A DNA stretch of 63,258 nucleotides, filler included, from Neolecta irregularis DAH-3 (lineage: Eukaryota): the NCBI GenBank assembly GCA_001929475.1. It is 11 parts of 11 records of this genome, joined end to end, with 100 filler letters (N's around TTAATTAATTAA, not from the genome) between each part and the next. Parts side by side here need not be neighbours in the genome. Positions count along the whole stretch, not along the records: positions 1 to 3,910 come from LXFE01002342.1; positions 4,011 to 26,861 come from LXFE01000153.1; 9 more parts are not named here. One strand, written 5' to 3'. Positions 1 through 11,340 of this stretch are shown piece after piece; positions within the stretch are counted from its first letter, which is position 1, and each line of letters opens with the position of its first letter. Position numbers and translations under genes: made by a program. The notes beneath the pieces are model-generated. The model ran no database searches. It worked only from the letters and a program-made list of their open reading frames with translations, and was not told the DNA's origin.

Positions 1-375
1 CAGATTTGGGGGTGTGGCTGTGCGATTCCACAAGTGGGACGATTCCACAGGTGGGACAGAACACATGTTTTTGTTATCTCTGATTGAGGCAGTAATCTCA
101 CATCTTTTTCTGAAGAAGTATATAGAAAGCAAGTATAAATTGCTATATAAGGTATATAATTCTTTTATATTTATCTAAATATTGGCAAGAAGGAACTGAC
201 AGGCAGGTGGGCAAGGCGGGCAGGCCAAACAGATAGGAGAAACGGGAGTTTGAGGTGGGCGAGAAGGGTGTGAGAAGCAAGAGAGGCAGGAGACGGGCAG
301 GAGAGATAGGAGAGGCAGGCAGGTGAGGGTGTTGTGGAAAATCAAGGATGTGTTGATCCTGGAGCGGGTATTGGC

Positions 376-450
376 CGGATAGACCGGGCTTTTTCCCTAG
401 TCCAGTCCATGGACTTTTAATGGGCCGGGCTAAGTCCATGGTCCATCCGC
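376..450. repeat. Repeat family E (hAT/MITE-like terminal sequence)
   Basis: GGGCTTTTTCCCTAGTCCAGTCCATGG core recurs at ~50016-50080 (inverted), ~52056-52125 and ~58912-59001. The other copies are bounded by CAGTGTTG/CAACACTG, a hAT-type terminus. Confidence 0.5.
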
Positions 451-653
451 CATATTGTCATTAAGCAGTGAAACGGTCGGTTTTCTCTCAAGTTGAGGCG
501 TCACCAGTAGTCGGTATATTTGTTGATTGTGCGTAGACATAGATTCATTCTGATTTTAAAGAGTAAATATACTAATTAATCATAAAAAGGTGTATGTGTC
601 ATTTGGCGGTATTGTGGTTCTTTAGTCCTCCCATCTTGAAAGGATATACTCAG

Positions 654-780
654 CAGTGTGTCCAACCGCCCGCCCGGCGGAGAAATTTGGACCGCCCGCC
701 GACGGATGGGCGGACAGATTTCTAAGCTGCCTGTCTTCCCTGGAAAAGACTCCGACGGCCGCGGGCGGGTGGGGAGTTTG
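654..780. repeat. Repeat family F, GC-rich DNA-transposon-like end
   Basis: CCAACC(C)GCCCGCC...AAATTTG..C.GCCC.CC also occurs at ~51505-51570. Confidence 0.4.
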
Positions 781-996
781 GGAAATGTGGTGCGAGATTT
801 CCACCGTTTCAATATTAAACAGGAGGTTATGCACTAATATGCCCAGTAAACAAAATCATAACATGATAGACTTGATGTGCTAATTAATCGATATACTGAG
901 GCCATAAAGAATTACTTGAGAACATATCTCTTTCCAGTTTCATTTCCATACCATCTAGAGCTTTCACAAAAGATCAGATTACTTGCGAATGACTTT

Positions 997-1897
997 CTAT
1001 GCTTGGTTTTTACAAGCAGCGCCCTTGTCCCAGCAACAAGAAAGATCTCCTACAGGGAGATTAAAGGGGAGACCGACGCTCTGAAATATCTGCGTGGCGA
1101 GGATATACCATGCGCAAATGGAAGTTATGAGAGCCGAAGCACCTCCGGCCTAGGGTTAGATTTTGACAAACAGAAGACAAACCTTTTGGAGATTTCCAGC
1201 CATGGTGACATGACCATGGCTTGTCATGAAGTATGAAGCAGATAAACAACAAAAAGCCGTATCAGCAGCCAAAAAGGTCAAAAAAAAGGCGACATTGGTC
1301 TTGGTAGATGCAATCAAGAATAGAAAGACAAGTAGAGCCCAGAAGACAAGGTAGAAACCTTACCATTAGATACTATATATGAGATCACTACCAATTGATC
1401 CGTAATAAGGAGAAAGATCATCTCCGAAGGCTGCTAGACCTGAAGTGGCCGGGACAAACATCAGGCTGAATGCCATCCAAAACCCGCCGAAGCTAGTGAA
1501 TACCTAGGCTTTCAACAGACCTTATTCTCAAATGGGTACCATGAACGGGAAAGTATTTCCTAAGAAAAACTCCATAAACCCACCAAGAATCATTAGTAAG
1601 CCGCCACACGCAAACATTGGACCACTATTCCATTAGTAGAGCCAACTGAGAAATGATCGCATACGCGAGACCATTAAGAATTGTAGTCTTTCCCCAACCC
1701 AGAAGGACACATGAAGTCGGTGTCATAGACAGCAAGAATCCAATTAAAGACAGTGGAGTCGGGTTAGCAAATTTATTTCGCAAATCGGCGGATCCACGTG
1801 GGCGCATTTCGAGGCAAATCTTCTCGACTGTCTCTGGAGATAAACATAACGCTGTTTCTTGATATCTCTGTTCTTGTTTTTGACCTTGGGAAGACAT
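997..1897 (-). CDS. GPR1/FUN34/YaaH (Ato/Ady2, AlcS-like) acetate transporter, multi-exon
   Basis: KFANPTPLSLIGF signature; MEFFLGNTFPF and FGGFW motifs; C-terminal PFNLPVGDLS; stop at 997-999. Confidence 0.85.
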
Positions 1898-2459
1898 TGA
1901 TAACCGATTCGGTCCAGGGTCTGGATGACTGGTAGAAAGCAAATCGCAAAGATTATGAGAGGCTTACGAGTACACAGAATAGTCTAGCAGCGAATGACTT
2001 GAATCTTATACTTTCTTGCTCAAGTGAAGTTGCTAGCGGTCACAGCATTATCCGTGCAACTGTTCGATCATAGCGGAGCCCAGCCCCTGAGATATCCAAG
2101 AGGAGATTCTGGCCTGATGAGCCTTACTTTTGCATTTTAGCAGGAAAATCCGGGGTGGTAGGCTGACGAAACTTTCAAGCGCATTCGAGAACAGTAAGGG
2201 TTGGTTCTCCTGGAAATGAAGGTGGGGCTATTCTCACCCAGCTATTTAAGTATTGGCCGATAGACTGAGGAGGGTTCCAGATATTCTCCTAGTGAAAATC
2301 AACTGTTCTTCAGCGAATGAGAAAGCGAGAAACTATTACGTGTCTAAATGGCAATTTCTATAACAGAGGTAGCGACTTGTATGGTCTTGCAAAGTACTTT
2401 GAAACTAAAATCCTCTACAATCAGTTTTTGTAAGATTGCGGCACAGTCGAGGCGCAAAA

Positions 2460-2826
2460 AGTGTGGGGACTTCATCATGTCCCACGATCAGACAGCACCG
2501 GCACCCCTCATCGCAAGCCACCATGACTCCCCCAATGGTTCAAGACTCGCTAACATCGACGCTGATCAATGCAGCCTGACTGTGGCAAGCAGTACCACCG
2601 AGCAAAGTCAGGACGATTACAAGCTTTGCCACCCGAGTGGAATGCAGTGAGGAACAGAGATGAGGAAGCACATGTGCCTGTTCTTCTATAAGTAGGGCCT
2701 GGCTTGATTAGCAAGCCAGGCCAACCCGGAGCAAGAATATACGTAGTTGCCTTTATTTCCTGAATCGCGATTGTATTTTCCCAGCGAAGCCTCCTGAGCG
2801 GCAAGTCCGGACACCCAACGCTCACG
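2460..2826 (+). mobile_element. Repeat family C, probable solo LTR or LTR fragment
   Basis: 2462-2632 matches ~14035-14197 inverted; 2618-2826 matches ~50085-50298 and 52126-52198. Contains TATAAG followed by a hairpin; the other copies end ...CCCAACGCTTACA. Confidence 0.65.
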
Positions 2827-3774
2827 TAAAGCCATTGAGAAGAACTACAAATAAATTCGGGACTCCGCTGCAATAGCAGGGTTCTAGTTGAAAGAAGGAA
2901 CGAAAGTTGCAGGCCATCTTGTCGAAAATCTATTTCTAGCAATTTCAAGTTAGGACTGAATAATTTTCTCATCTTCTATGTTGAATAATATTCCATTATC
3001 AATGGTTTCACCGCAACAAGTCGACCAATGTACCACAACTGTTCACTCCCATAGCATTATTTACTCGACAAGACACAAACAGATTAGTATTGGAATTATA
3101 TCCTTGCTATATTATAGTGTGATTGTCTCAGGGGTTTTACGGCCACCCTATCACATTAACTCAGGGGACCTACCCCTTGCAGAAAATCCTAAAAGGTTGG
3201 ACATGGGTCATTTTGTTCGTATCACACCAAAGGTTTGTGGTTTTCTGAGGTCATCGCAAAGGTGTAATGTCGAATGAAGAATAATATGCATTGTAAAAGG
3301 GATTCGGAGCATTAGCTTAAGCTATAAGGCTGCAAGTCGGATCTAACAAGTCTATTGGTCTGAATAAGGTGCGACACGTCTATATATATATCAATATATT
3401 ATATTATATTCTCCCCTCTCGTTGATATGCTTTTTTTCGAGATATGGTGCCCATAATCGCCTTGTCTCTACTCTCTAGTGGGAATAATACTCACAAAGTA
3501 GTATCCTGTAGTATCAATGTTCCGCATTCTGTACAGTGGAACACGCAGGAAATCTAAATAGGAGTATAAAATGTCCTTACCGTGATAGCTCGGCCATTTT
3601 AGTGAGAAATGTGCCCTGTAAGCTTGTCATACGCATGCTGAAGGCTTCCCTCCTTCCAACGCTTGCGCACTACGGTCAAACCCTTACCCTAAATGCTAGA
3701 ATTTAGAAAATCTATTTCTTTTTGGAATCATTCCTGTGCCCCGCTTTACATTAGCGCTAGATGGATCGCCTTGT

Positions 3775-3910
3775 TAACACAGGCTGTAGTTGTAGCGTCT
3801 TTGAGGTTTTAAGATTCTGGAAACATAGAGGAAAAAGAGGAAACCGATTCTTTGATTCTTAGCGGGATGGATAGAGCATTATCCAACCGTCCTACAAATG
3901 TGCAGATACA
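3775..3910 (+). repeat. Repeat family A (short dispersed repeat)
   Basis: GATTCTTTGATTCTTAGCGGGAT...GTCCTACAAATGTGCA.ATACA shared with ~41441-41590 and 26962-27036. Confidence 0.75.
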
Positions 3911-4010
3911 NNNNNNNNNNNNNNNNNNNNNNNNNNNNNNNNNNNNNNNNNNNNTTAATTAATTAANNNNNNNNNNNNNNNNNNNNNNNNNNNNNNNNNN
4001 NNNNNNNNNN
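3911..4010. other. Artificial contig linker (N-run, TTAATTAATTAA with stops in all six frames, N-run)
   Basis: The same ~100-nt linker occurs at ~26862, 37280, 46604, 49658, 52240, 53879, 55973, 57149 and 58588. Confidence 0.97.
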
Positions 4011-4175
4011 TGGATTGGGAAGTGACAACACTGAGCGCGAAGATGATGATCGAAGACGATGGGAAGATGGACTTGGTGTGAAAGACAAATAAGTACTCGT
4101 TAACATTTCATCATAGATTACAAAAGTAAACTTAATTACTATAACAATCCAAATATTATCTTGCATACAAAACTA

Positions 4176-5085
4176 TTACAAAAATAGCTGCGTCTGACTT
4201 ATGTTTTTATCACTTACGATTGTGTCAGTAAAAGCGCCAGTTCGGGCCTTTTGGAGCAAGCTCTTGGGGAACAGACCAGCTTTAATCTTTTCACATGCGC
4301 TAAAGAGCACTGCTGTTACGATATCGCGATAAAATATATTCTCCCTGTTCCACGGACTCAATCTTAAGGGAGATTGAGGTCGAAAAAGTGCCTCTGCTAC
4401 CGTGACCAATGCTGTTGCTGCAATCGATTGCTTGTCAATGTTGGAGGAGTGAAGCGTATCCCTATTCAGAGCATCAGGAATCGTAGCATGCTGATCAACA
4501 CGAGTCACTGTTTTTTTAAATAGCTCCAAAGCATCATTCTTTTGTTCATCGTCGATTTCAACGTTGTCTGCTACTATCGTAGTTTGGATAAGATTGTTTA
4601 CTCATTTAGTGTACCGTAATATTTCGGAATGTCCAGGGCCAATTGAAACGATAAGCAGGTACAAGTCTTTACTTTGAATGAAAGCATCCTCTTGGTTGAA
4701 TCGTATAAAGTGGTCACATCTTGATCAGCACTCTTGCTGAATATCTCGAGAAAAGTCAATACAATAGTGTCGTACCCTTTTGATAAGGTGTCTGAGTTAG
4801 TCGAATGCTGTGCCCATGAATTTAGTGTTAGGTCCATAAGTTGTCGTCTGGTATTTACCGATATTGGTGGATCAATTGCAATGTTGCAGACCCTTAGAAC
4901 ATTTTGATCTAACCGAGCTTGATCAAGATCTCTTCCCAATAGCCCATATCTAGTTTGAATCTCAATAGCCCAATCTTTTTCAGGCGTATCATCATTGTGA
5001 GAAAACCTTGCAGCAATGTCGTGAACTTGTTCTGGTTTACGTGTCCTAGTTATCAGAAATCGATCATTACTTGCAAGCTTTTACA
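4176..5085 (-). pseudogene. Degenerate member of an unrecognised multicopy gene family
   Basis: Broken reading frames with no clear ATG. KLASNDRFLITRTRKPEQVHD is paralogous to ELASNDRFLITRTLQPEHVQD at ~22455-22525, and the 3' end recurs at ~52983-53020. Confidence 0.45.
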
Positions 5086-5273
5086 GATATAACGGCACCT
5101 GGATTTTGGAATCAGAAGGATTAGAGATCCAGTTTGCATCAGATGTGGCAAACATTCGACACGTGAAAGGATAACCCACTCTTTAGCTGGAGAGCGATAG
5201 CGGATCAAAGAAGGCGCGCCAATCATTGCGCACTCGCAGCCAAATCTTTTTTCTTTCCTTCTACTCTCTAGCC

Positions 5274-7310
5274 ATGAGAATATCGGATAAACTCCAGACT
5301 GGTCTTCCCACATGGTCCTTTGAATATTTTCCTCCGAAAACGAACCAGGTACGGCCACTACTAATCGTTTCTCCTGATTCATTTGTGCAGGGATTGCAGA
5401 ATCTTTACGATCGAATGGAGAGAATGTACGAGCTCGGTCCGGCCTTCATAGGTATGCAATAAGATAATATTCTCCATTGACATATCCAGATATCACCTGG
5501 AATGCCGGAGGAAGACTTTCGAACCTAACATGTGAGATGGTTGCTACGGCTCAGTCAGTATACGGCCTCGAAACGTGCATGCACCTGACTTGTACTGGTA
5601 TGCCACAAGAGAAGGTCGCAGATGCGTTAAAAGTCCTTGCATTTAGTCGTTTCTGCCGCTAATTAAATAGTCTGCTTATGAAGCTGGATGTCAAAATATT
5701 CTTGCTTTGCGAGGCGATCCCCTCAGAGAGGAAGAGGAATGGAAAGCAACACCGGGTGGCTTTAAATATGCAAGAGATATAGTACGGTACATCAAAAAGA
5801 AATACGGAGATTATTTCTGTATCGTTGTCGCCGGTTATCCTGAAGGTCATCCTGATGAACCCGAAGAAGATAAGGACATCCAGCACTTGAAAGAAAAGAT
5901 CGATGCCGGGGGATCGCTCATCATTACTCAGATGTTTTACGACGTCGACAAGTTTCTATTGTGGGTGAAAAAATGTCGCAATGCTGGTATAACATGTCCA
6001 ATAATACCTGGGATTATGCCGATTCAGACATGGGCGGCGTTTATTCGTCGTGCAAAATGGGCTGGATGTCATATTCCACAGCATTTCATGGAACAGCTGG
6101 AGCCTATGAAAGATGATGATGCCGCATTACGAGAAAGAGGAACTGTCCTTATCATGGACATGTGTCAAAAGATATTTGATGCAGGAATCCAGCATCTTCA
6201 CTTCTACACAATGAATCTTGAACAAGCGACGAAGATGGTGTTGGAAGGGCTCGGATTGGTCCCATCAAAGGAAAGTCTTAGTCCTCTTCCTTGGAGACAG
6301 GTCCGTATATTTTTATCCTAATGGTTTTATAAATGTTGACATTGAAGTCTTTATCGTTGCGGCGGAAGGAAGAAAATGTTCGGCCTATCTTCTGGAAGAA
6401 TCGAGTGAAGAGTTATGTCGCGCGCACAGAGCATTTCGATGAGTTTCCAAACGGTCGTTGGGGCGATTCCCGGTCACCAGGTTTTCACATACAGAGTAAC
6501 CATTCTAACATATAGCCTTTGGTGAACTAGACTATTACGGAATTGGTCTCAAATGCTCGGTACACCTTTATTCTTGTGCGAGAACTGAAAGTCTTAGAGT
6601 GAAGTAGCAATTCGACAATGGGGAACTCCTACAACTATTGCTGAAATCGCAGAGCTCTTTGCTAAATACTGCCTCTGTGAAATAAAGTCTTTACCTTGGA
6701 GTGATGTGCCCATTTCTGCAGAAGCAAATAGTATCACCCAGGATCTCGTTAAACTGAATAAACGGGGTTTCTTGACCATAAACTCACAACCCGCCATCAA
6801 CGGGGAGAAAAGTTCACACCAAGTCTATGGTTGGGGACCACGTAATGGATATGTCTATCAAAAAGCATACCTCGAGTTCTTCGTCCATCCATCAATCGTC
6901 AATAATCTGGTTTCAGCCCTGAGTAGAGATCCATACAACAGCTTTTACGCAGTTAGCAAATCGGGAGATTTGAAAACGAATACACTAAGTGATGGTCCGA
7001 ATGCTGTAACTTGGGGAGTTTTTCCAGGCAAAGAAATTCTGCAGCCAACGATTGTCGAACCAGTTTCTTTTCTTGCTTGGAAGGTTTGATTCCTTTGATC
7101 AAGTCCTTGACTGAGCAACCACAGGACGAAGCATATAGACTAGGTTCCGATTGGGCCAAGTGTTATCCAGCAAACTCGCCATCTCGCAAGCTTATCAATG
7201 AAATTATGGATACCTGGTTTCTAATCAATATCGTGCATAACGACTATCACAATTCCCGAGCAATCTTTGAAATTTTTGAGAGTTTGGATATTATCACCCT
7301 GATGGTATAA
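5274..7310 (+). CDS. MET13: Methylenetetrahydrofolate reductase, multi-exon
   Basis: [73 protein letters not shown]. Confidence 0.96.
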
Positions 7311-7542
7311 TTTTCGTATTTCGGATTAGATTCATGAGATTCTTCAACTGGATCTTTTATGGCATAGAGTTATTTGGAGTCTGGAAACAAAAAGCGTAGA
7401 TTTATAGACAGAAGGAAGTCTTCAACTGATTTTCTCATGGAAGTTTATACATTAATTATGGAAATACAATTTTACTGATAAAGACCAATTTCTTCAAGCG
7501 ACTTCATTTAAACCACCTTTGCCCCGCAACCTTCATCCACCA

Positions 7543-8719
7543 ATGATACAGAGAGCCATAGAATACAAAACGATCGGTATATTTAATGTATAATACACAC
7601 TTTGATATTCACGTCTAAGGAAATCAAAACTTTAAGTTAAGCGATTTTCATGGCGCGATTACTGTATCCTTTAACAAACACTGGCTAAGTAACATCTGAT
7701 AAGGCATATGGGCAAGCAGTCATATGTGACCCGACGAACGCTTTACTTTACACAAATCGCGCGAATGCGTACTTGAAAATCAAGAAATATGAGGACGCTG
7801 GTTAGTCATCGCGAGATCAACTAAATATTTATTGACCTGGGCAGTTACTGATTCAAGAAAGGCTTTGGAGCTGATCATTAACGATCCAGGATCTCAAAGT
7901 GAATATATTCAAAAAAGAGTCTCTAATCTATAGTGAAAGCAAATTACTTTGTAATTCAATAATGGCAAGGCACGCTCCTGCATACTCATAAATGTAGCTC
8001 GGCCAAGCACAACTCGAACTTGGTCATGCAGAGGAAGCGGCAAAGTCACTTCGAGCGGCCCATGATCTGGCAATAAAAGTTCATTCGCCGTCTGTCGAGG
8101 CTATTTCTGCATCTGTGATAAGAGCGAAAGCAGTGGTTTGGGAAGTAACACGCTTTCTGGGCATTATTGACAAGGCAGATGAAAGAAAAGGCTAGGATAC
8201 AAAGAAGTTCTGATTTATACCTCTTTCTGGAAAATGTCCTTCAAGAGAAGCGAGACCATCACGTTGCGCAGATGCATGAACGAGCTCATAGAAAAATCTA
8301 TACCAAAGAACAGCTTCTTGATAAGATTGAAGAGATTGATGTAGTCTGGAGACGCCAGATAGATGATATGAGTGAAGTATTCACCAGAGCTGATCATCAG
8401 CGCACAGAATCTATGGTTATGCTGAATTTAGAAGTCCGAACTGATCGAGATAGAGGATTCCGGATTATCTTATTTGTCCAATATCGTTTGCATTATTTAA
8501 AGATCCAGTTATAACTCTACCAGGTATGCTTCACATGAAAGAGAGCTCACAAAAGGAATATCCTATGATCGGTCCTCAATAATGCATCATCTTAAAATGT
8601 ATTCAACAGATCCCATCTCCAGAGCTCCATTGAAGCTATCCGACCTCCGTCCAAATATAGCCCTACGCCAAGCAGTTGAAGATTTCCTCGAGAAGAACAG
8701 TTGGGCTGCAGATTTTTAG
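7543..8719 (+). CDS. TPR plus U-box E3 ubiquitin ligase (CHIP/STUB1-like), multi-exon
   Basis: TPR AYGQAVICDPTNALLYTNRANAYLK; U-box PDYLICPISFALFKDPVITST, SYDRSSI, DPISRAPL, PNIALRQAVEDFLEKNSWA. Confidence 0.85.
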
Positions 8720-8755
8720 TTTTAAGTAACAGGTTAATTTATCTCTTTCTAAATA

Positions 8756-10397
8756 TTACATCAATGAGGGCTCAATCTGTTCAACAATTCTGGTGTATTC
8801 CGTGATATGATCTGGATAGTCTAATTTTCCGGTCCAGAATAAACACCACTTTGAACCAGGTAATTTCCAGGAAAATTTACAACGTTCGAAATACCATTTG
8901 TTCGCAGGATTATCGACCCGACTGCGCCAGAAGATTTCGTTTGGATAAGTATCAGTTAAACTTCGAAATAAAATGTCGGCGAGACATGATGACCCTTGAC
9001 GGGATTTTAATACAGCAAGTTTATCAAGATACGGTATTTTTGACCCGAGATTGGTTTTCTCGTATGTAGTTATTGCGCAGCCTTCGTAGTCTCCAGCGAT
9101 AATCAGTGATGCAAATTTACCTTCAAGTCTGTTTTTATAATGGTTCAAATCTAATCTTCGGGCGAATGAATCTTCGATCAAGGTTAATAAACGTGGAAGG
9201 TCGATCTTGCTGTCTCGCAAGGAAGACTCGAGATTGAGATGCTTTACGATGGGGACCCCGTGACGAATAACCGACGTGGTACTCTTTGGCGTTCTGGCAG
9301 CCCCGATCGGTAGAGATGAGGAAAATGTCGGTCTGTCTGTGAGAAGATTATATATCAATGGATGAGGAGTCGTTTTAGAATCGTGACCATTAGACGTAGC
9401 GAGTTTGGGGGTCGTGATAATAGCGGATGAAGTAAATGGAAGCAGCGAGAGACATTTCTTTACCAATTCAAGATTTTTGAGATGACGAGCTGATGAAATC
9501 GTGTTTATTTCAACTAAACTCGTTTTAATATTTTCGAATTCCTGTTGTAGATTGATGAAAACATGGGATGAGCCTCCCCTTTCGTGAGATGGAATCCCTC
9601 CATCTTGGTTTAGAATGAATATTTTATTCACCAGAAACTTCTCCATTGTTTTCTCTCTTGATTTTTCAGAGTAGAGCTCTGTTAAGGCGTATAAAAGATC
9701 GTTCGTTCGTTCCTCGGCCGATTTTCTTGATATTTCTGAAGACGTTGTAATAATGGGCATTTGACCGCGCTTTAATGGACCTGATAACATTGCCAAGTTT
9801 TCAATGAAGGAGGAACCATCCTCTCTCATTCCGTAAAGCCCGTTCGTCACGGTCTGCGTCTGTCCGCCCTGCTTCTCAATTGCGCTGGCTACTTTCTCTG
9901 CCAAACTTGAGAGTTCGTTTTGACGTTGCATTCTGTTTAGTGAACTATTTGAATAGATCGAATTAGAAGGTTCGATGATGACTATACTAATCAATCCAAG
10001 ATGTCGTAATTGAACAATTGAGTGAGAAATTCCCGTTAACACAGAGTTTTCTTGAATATCGAATTCGCAGATTTTGAGCAGAGCTATGTCTATTCCTCCA
10101 TTCGTATGAAAGAAAGTAAAATGATCCTGCTCTGCAGGTCTCGGGGTTCTCAAAGAAGCCGACAGCAAAGGTAGAGGCTCAATCTGTAAGGGAGCAAATC
10201 TTTGCAGATATACTTTTGCATCCCGTTTCGTAGGCGAAGTCTTGAGAATTGTGAGAAGGAGGTTCTAAATTGCATTAGCAAAAAGCTTGGAAATCAATTG
10301 AGAGCACCTTGTTCTGTTCATTTTTTGAGTGGTAAATACCGGATGATGATAATTCTTTCTGTGCACAAGGAACCCCATTAGCCGAGACGAATTGCAT
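8756..10397 (-). CDS. ARG2: Mitochondrial amino-acid N-acetyltransferase (N-acetylglutamate synthase)
   Basis: HVFINLQQEF, LIYNLLTD, GDYEGCAI, YLDKLAVLKSRQG, FWRSRVDNPANKWYFER. The 5' exon start is inferred. Confidence 0.9.
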
Positions 10398-10527
10398 TGC
10401 CTTTGGTTTGAATGAAATACCCACAAAAGTCTTTCTTTTGAGTGTAGAATACATTGATCAATTGGCGGTAAGACAGGCTAAGACATCAATCACTAACAAG
10501 ATCTCGAACCCCCAAACCCCACGTAGT

Positions 10528-11202
10528 ATGGCACTCCCTCCACAATATCGGGGCGTTTTCACTCCGCAGGAATTGTCCTTCTCTGCGGAGAACATCAAAG
10601 TACAGATTGTCCCTCGAAGAGCTATGAATTCTATACCTCTAATTTCTGTATTTTCACCTTTACAGTCGGCTCTGAATTCAAAGGGAACAATTCCTCAGTT
10701 ACGACCTCCAAGAAGAGCAGAAGTACCGCTCTGGATTGCAATCCTCCTTAAGCAGCAACGATGCGCAAATATTGTTTCTCCGGATTGGCTTTCTGTGGAC
10801 GCACTGAAAGAGAAGTTAGACGAGGAGACTGTTCCTGGAGCGGCATTTTCTGCATTGCCATTTCAGTGGTTAGAGATCTCGGAAGCAATTCTCGAGACGT
10901 GCTTTTTTATCCTTGACAAGATGACTGAGTGTAGAGCTTCTGACGATGTGGAAGATGCAGATACAGTGCGGAGGCTACTGCGAGATTTACGAGAAGCACG
11001 TCAAGCAAAAGCAAGAGAGGGATTAACGGGGTTAAATGAGAGTCATTTACAGATGGATAATTTGGGCTGGATGGAGATCAATGAGATACGATTTGTGAGC
11101 AGGGCAATGGATCAATTGAGGCGCATAAAGGCAGTAAAACAAGACCAAGAAAAAGCAAGCGAAGACGAAATGGATGCTTCTAACGGCAACGACTCCGACT
11201 AA
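10528..11202 (+). CDS. PSF2: GINS complex subunit Psf2
   Basis: MALPPQYRGVFTPQE, PPRRAEVPLWIAILLKQQRCANIVSPDWL, LRDLREARQAKAREG, MEINEIR; two in-frame 36-nt introns. Confidence 0.95.
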   Translation: MALPPQYRGVFTPQELSFSAENIKVQIVPRRAMNSIPLISVFSPLQSALNSKGTIPQLRPPRRAEVPLWIAILLKQQRCANIVSPDWLSVDALKEKLDEETVPGAAFSALPFQWLEISEAILETCFFILDKMTECRASDDVEDADTVRRLLRDLREARQAKAREGLTGLNESHLQMDNLGWMEINEIRFVSRAMDQLRRIKAVKQDQEKASEDEMDASNGNDSD

Positions 11203-11340
11203 GCTATATGCCATAATGTGGACGACTCCTTGTAATTATTCGACGCCATCTATGTCACTCTTGTAAGAAAAATCTAAATTGCAAACGCCAATGCCCAAAA
11301 AGCTCCCGTATATTCTCATCTTCTGTTGTCACAATGAATT

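Noticed and set aside
2105-2185. Hammerhead-like CTGATGA...GAAAC
   Set aside because: Stem II does not close next to GAAA, and stems I and III cannot be formed
3911-4010. Recurrent TTAATTAATTAA between N-runs as a biological repeat or CRISPR-like array
   Set aside because: Fixed-length artificial linker with stops in all six frames
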